A DNA stretch of 64,000 nucleotides from Selaginella moellendorffii (lineage: Eukaryota > Plantae > Lycopodiophyta), in NCBI RefSeq assembly GCF_000143415.4, contig NW_003314269.1:706401-770400 (forward strand). Direction: 5' to 3'. This document shows, in pieces, positions 59,075-64,000 of the stretch. The position numbers and the translations under genes are program-made. Positions within the stretch are counted from its first letter, which is position 1. Every line of letters starts with the position of its first letter. A model generated the notes under the pieces. The model ran no database searches. It had not been told where the DNA came from and was given only the letters and a program-made list of their open reading frames with translations.

Positions 59075-61020
59075 TTACGGCTGCTGTAGCATGTGTCGAA
59101 AGAGCACGACCCTCATGATCTCGTTCGTCCCTTCCAGAATGGTATGGACTCGCAGGTCCCTAAGATACCTTTCAACCTGGACAAAATGAATTGATTAGAA
59201 GTCGTTGCGTGCTACTACTAGATTGTCATGTTACCGGGTAGTCTTTTAAGTAGCCATATCCTCCATGAAGTTGCAATGCATCATTCGCAATGTTAAAGCA
59301 AGCATCAGTAGCGAACCTTAGAAAAAAACAAGCAATATGTTTAGAACAATCAACACAACGACCCAACCAACCTTTTCGCCATTGCAGCGCAAGCAGAGGC
59401 TTTCGGAGATCCAGCATCCAAGGCAGCAGCAGCATTTGATACCATCAAGCGTGACGCATGGAGAGCCGTCTGCATATCCGCTAGTTTGAATTGAGTACTT
59501 TGAAACTCTGTGATGGCTTTTCCAAACTAAAACCACAAAAAAAGAAAACGAAAAAGATGTTCCACCGTAAAATGCATAAAGATATTCAGTTACTTGTTTG
59601 CGAGTAGACGCATATTCCTGAGCAGTATCAAGGCAGAACTGTGCTCCCCCGCAACTAAAATAAATTGTGTAAGAAGTTACGATAGGAAAACAAAATAGTT
59701 GTCAAACCTGCATGATGCGATATTTATGCGACCTCCATCAAGGCCCGCCATTGCGATGGCAAATCCCTGTCCCTCTCGCCCAAGCATATTGGCAGAAGGC
59801 ACACGCACCTCTTCCATGACCACCTAAACATAGCCAATCAACAAATACCTTCAAAACACTCTTGAAGACATACGGAAGTGGTAGGCTGAGATCGCCATCC
59901 GAGCTTATCTTCGGGCCGTCCAAAAGAAAGTCCAGGCATCCCCTTTCACACATCACATTGCAAACAGCTGAGCTCAAGCTTGTCAAAAGAAAGACCGAAA
60001 ATACCTTCTCTAAGAGAAAGCAAGAGATCCCTTTTGGGCCCAGCGCTCCTGTTCGAGCCATCACCAAGTACAAGTCGCTAACGCTTCCTCCACTAATGAA
60101 GGCCTGAAACATGATCGGATAAGAAACAAAACTGGGCCTCGTAGTCGTTCTAGACCTTTGATCCATTCAGAATGTAGTCGCTGCTGCCGTGTGCTTGTCT
60201 TGCTGTAGTCTGGAGTTGAAAAAAAGTGTCAATACTTGAAGTTGATAGTAGTTCTTTGCCTGTAAGGATGCGGCATCACTCCCGCTTGAAGGTTCCGTTA
60301 AGCAGTACGATGAAAACAATTCCTAGGTAGTATTACAACATCCGGTAAGAAATCAAGTAACAAAAACGTACCATCTGAATAAGTTTTGGAAGCCAGTGGT
60401 TTCTCTGTTGATCATTTCCATACCTACAAACCACAGAGTTGGAAAAAATCAAAGAACAAATCGAAAGAAACATTGGAAAAGCTACGAAGATAACCTGTCA
60501 ATCAAAGAGCAGCACATGTTATGAATGGTAAGATAAGCTGTTGTGCTTACATCACCATATGCCAGCGCCTCAAAAATCACTGCTCCATCCACTCGATTAA
60601 GCCTGTAAGAACAAGTGCTTGCGAATCTTTGCTTGGTTATCATGCTGCTCACTTACCGAGAGCCACCAACGTCTTCAGCACAAAACATTCCTCCGAATCC
60701 CAGACCGGCAGCCTTTCGCAAAACCTCCACTGGAAAATATTTGTCGCGATCCCACTGCGCGGCATTGGGAAGGAGCTCCTTCTTGGCAAAATCCTGCCGG
60801 CAGAGATGAGAATTTCAATATTCTGGCGCGGGGAAGAGATTCCAAGACTTACAGTAGCAAGCGCACGAAAATGCAGCTGATCGGCCGTAAGGCGATGCTC
60901 GTCCCACAAACTCGAGACACGATCCGAGCTGCTGCCGGCAGAGGTGGCGTGCTTGCAGAACGAATGTGCGCCACGAATCGCCTTTAGCGTCCGGAAGCTC
61001 GACCTTGTCGCCAGCGCCAT
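59075..61020 (-). CDS. ACAD8: Mitochondrial acyl-CoA dehydrogenase, isobutyryl-CoA dehydrogenase (ACAD8) type, many short introns
   Basis: Spliced: [100 protein letters not shown]. Confidence 0.88.
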
Positions 61021-61859
61021 TCAGATGAGAACGAAGAACCCTAGAAAAATACCGTGAGACAGGAATGGAACACGGCACTACCTCTTTGAAGGCTCGAAAA
61101 ATTGAAACTGGACCGGACCGTGGACCGTGGAGCGGAACTCCAAAACTTTCAATTGCATTGCATTCATAAAAGTCTTATGGGAAACGATTTGCCATTTGCA
61201 TGGTGGCCATTCCAATCTAAGGCTCCATCTTGGCATCGTTTTATCACATCTGGAATTAAAGGATCTTCATGCTTATTCACCTCCCAGTAAAAAGTGATTT
61301 GACTTCTGAATTAGGTAAGTTTTAAACAACTTTTTTCCAAGTGGTAATAAGCATTCCCTTAATCTAATGGCTGTGATTTTATACAATTGTACATATATCA
61401 ACACCTACTTTGTATTTCATCTCTCATGTTTTGATTTGCTACCACTTTGTTCCAAAAAATTTCACCTCGCCTCTTTTGCCACCTTTTATAAGCTTCTCCT
61501 CGCTTGCCAATTGGGCTACTCATCACTAGAAATGGCACTTTCCATACTTGACTTTCATCACGAGCTGATATGTTAGCTAGGTGGTCCAAACTGTTTAGTT
61601 TATCAATAAACTAAACTAAACTAAAAGGTATTTAGCAAATACTTTTTTTTATAAAAACATAAGAGAAATAAATAGATTTTGATAATCAAATGGAAATATT
61701 AAATGCATAACAACAAAATGCCATGCGAAAGTTGTAATGTGATCTTACTGCTAAGCTCGAATGCTATGCTCTCTATCAAGCTCTAAACTTGCTTGTCGCT
61801 GTCTTGAAAGCATGGACAAGCAACACATTCCAAATGTTTATTGTCAAAACTACACCTTC

Positions 61860-62640
61860 AACACACCCTTAAAGTTGCAATCCTCACGATTATACAGTAT
61901 AAGTTACCAAAGTGGAGGACTATTGGCCATGGAGAATACATCTTCAGCACTGGGCTAGCAATGGCAATGGCAACTTCACCCAAGATCATGATTTGCCCCG
62001 ATCAAACTGAGCAGCAGCATCAGGCCTGGTAGGGTGCATGATTACTACACTAGAAGGGAGAATGTACCAAAGCTACAACTACAGATGACCCGATGCCTAT
62101 TTCAGTCCAAGAAGCTGTGATTCACCTGGATTCACCAGTCCATCTTTGGAGTGTGTTATATTCTTGACCAAGTCGACGTGAGTGATCAGCAGTGATGGTG
62201 GTCTTGCATAGCTATGGTGAGAATTGGACAGATGAGACGGGCACCATGACTGTGAGCCTTGTACACACAGAGAGTACCACCACCTGTTACACAGTCACAG
62301 CTTCACACAAGGCATTGATGTCAACTATACTCTCAAGATCCTGTCTCTGGGGAAATTTGGCACGGGCTTGTCAGTTGGCTTTGAGCACAGCTTCTGGCAG
62401 GAGTGAAGAAAAAACGTCTAAAAGGCAATCAAGTGTTGGACTGAGTATCAAGTCACCATTCCCCTACACAAAGATTCATCTGATTGTTAGTACTATTGAT
62501 CATATCTACAGGTATAGATAGTGATTGAATGCCTCCAGGCAATATTCATGTTCCATTTATGTATGATCATGGCATCAATCAAGCATCAATAAACAACATC
62601 AATGGAGTGTCTACCTATAACTTTAGAGCCTTCACAATAC
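61860..62640 (+). pseudogene. Frameshifted aerolysin/natterin-like (Hfr-2-type) beta-pore-forming protein remnant
   Basis: Stitched frames give LDQVDVSDQ..VVLHSYGENWTDETGTMTVSLVHTESTT..SHSFTQGIDVNYTLKILSLGKFGTGLSVGFEHSF..GRSEEKT..VTIP/PYTKIHLIV..IHVPFMY..NGVSTYNF. Confidence 0.58.
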
Positions 62641-64000
62641 TGACGATTACTCCTATCTCAGTGTAGTACCTCAAGGTAAGGCAGTCACTAAGAAGAACCA
62701 AGTGTTAGTCTTCTGTATGAGATAAAAAAAATGGCTGTGTAAGCAACTAAAGAGAATGATTTAAGAGATGGTCTATAGAGTTCAAATATAAAAGGAAAAG
62801 GCCCATGAATAAGAGCACTCTTTTTTAATTGGTTAGGGGTTTTGGGATACTTAAGCTTGAATAATACTAAGTTAGGTAATTTTCTGGGAAGTTTAAATTC
62901 AAGAGCTTACAAAAACCAAAAATTTATAAAAATGCAACATGTAGTCAAAGGTCAAGGCGGGGCATTTGATATCAAGCTAATCATCTGTAAGTTTCATGAT
63001 AGGTGTTGACCTTATCTTCGACTATAGCACCAACACATCACTAATCCCAAAGATCCCATATTCACCTACATTTCTTGGATGCTAAGGAGCTGCCATAAAT
63101 AGTCTAGCTCCAAGATCCCTACAAGAATCTCTAGTGCCCTTGTCTCGATGGGCTATGAGATTCCAAGCATTGAAACATTTTGGTGGTTCCATCATTGCCA
63201 CTACTTAACAATCAAGATTTCCAAGAATCCAGGACAAATCTCCTCAAATCAATACTCCTAGAAACAGCCTAAGCAATGGCTGAGAATCATAGTACCAATG
63301 TCTACAAGATCATCAGTGAGGTGAAGAGCTTAGTGTTTTGTGTTGTTCTCTATGTTGAATAGTGTGTTCTCATTTTTTGTGTTGCTTAAGTATAATATAT
63401 ATTGTTCTTTTTATATTTTTAGCATCTGATCACTTTCTAGCTTACCTTCCAAGATGTTGATGGATTTGAAAGAGGTAGGGAGTGTACTCTCTACAATTGA
63501 CTATGATATTCATTCATTTATTTGTATGCTATTTACAAGGTCTCACAATGCCCTCAAGAAGCATGAGACCAATGGATTCAAATATGCCACACTGAAAATT
63601 TTCATAATTGTCTATTATCCAATTCATCAATATCTATATCATCTACCTCATTCCTTGTCATTGTCCTTGTGGTTGTGGCCAACCTTCATCCATGTGCTTC
63701 AATTGGCATAGCTTGTAGATGAATACAAGCACTAGAGTGCTATTGTTTCCTTGTACCCCTCTGTGACTGCAGTAGTGGCTGGTGGTTTGTATTGGCAATG
63801 GTGAGCATTAGTTATATGATCACCTCTTGGTAATTAAACTCCACCTCCCTTAGAAATAAGTAGAGTTGGTTTGCCTATTGTTTGCCTTTGAGGATGATGT
63901 GGAGATGAACCCTCATGGAACTAGAGCATTTGAGAGTTTAGTGTACATAACACAATCATTTATCACATGTTTAGCGTCCTCAACTCACTCAAAGTAGGTT

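Overview
Eukaryotic land-plant nuclear DNA. The 40-60 bp introns, intergenic gaps often under 100 bp and intronless PLS-class PPR genes suggest a lycophyte such as Selaginella; this is inference, not a database result. The window has a gene-dense, CpG-rich core (~17.1-47.6 kb) of about 19 spliced or intronless genes plus tRNA-Ala(TGC). It is flanked by CpG-depleted blocks of decayed transposons: ~0.6-17 kb holds an LRR pseudogene, Ty3/gypsy remnants and a hAT remnant; ~47.6-58.8 kb holds a short-LTR Ty3/gypsy element with a second LTR element nested in its protease gene. An ACAD8-type acyl-CoA dehydrogenase and a decayed aerolysin/natterin-like gene follow. Most ORF-track entries are exon fragments, antisense shadows or repeat translations. 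I found no clearly new multi-gene system. The most notable observations are: an ACC-synthase-like gene lacking the box-2 Gln; several apparent pseudoenzymes (RGP, kinase); a HEIP1-like gene with a frame-preserving duplicated exon; an organellar RF2 whose 43-nt first intron lies next to the bacterial +1 frameshift position; a retroelement with 176-bp LTRs, a 4-bp TSD and an Ala-type primer site; satellite-bearing LTRs; a chimeric tandem duplication of a GDSL gene; and an unexplained multi-intron transcript upstream of the RGP-like gene.
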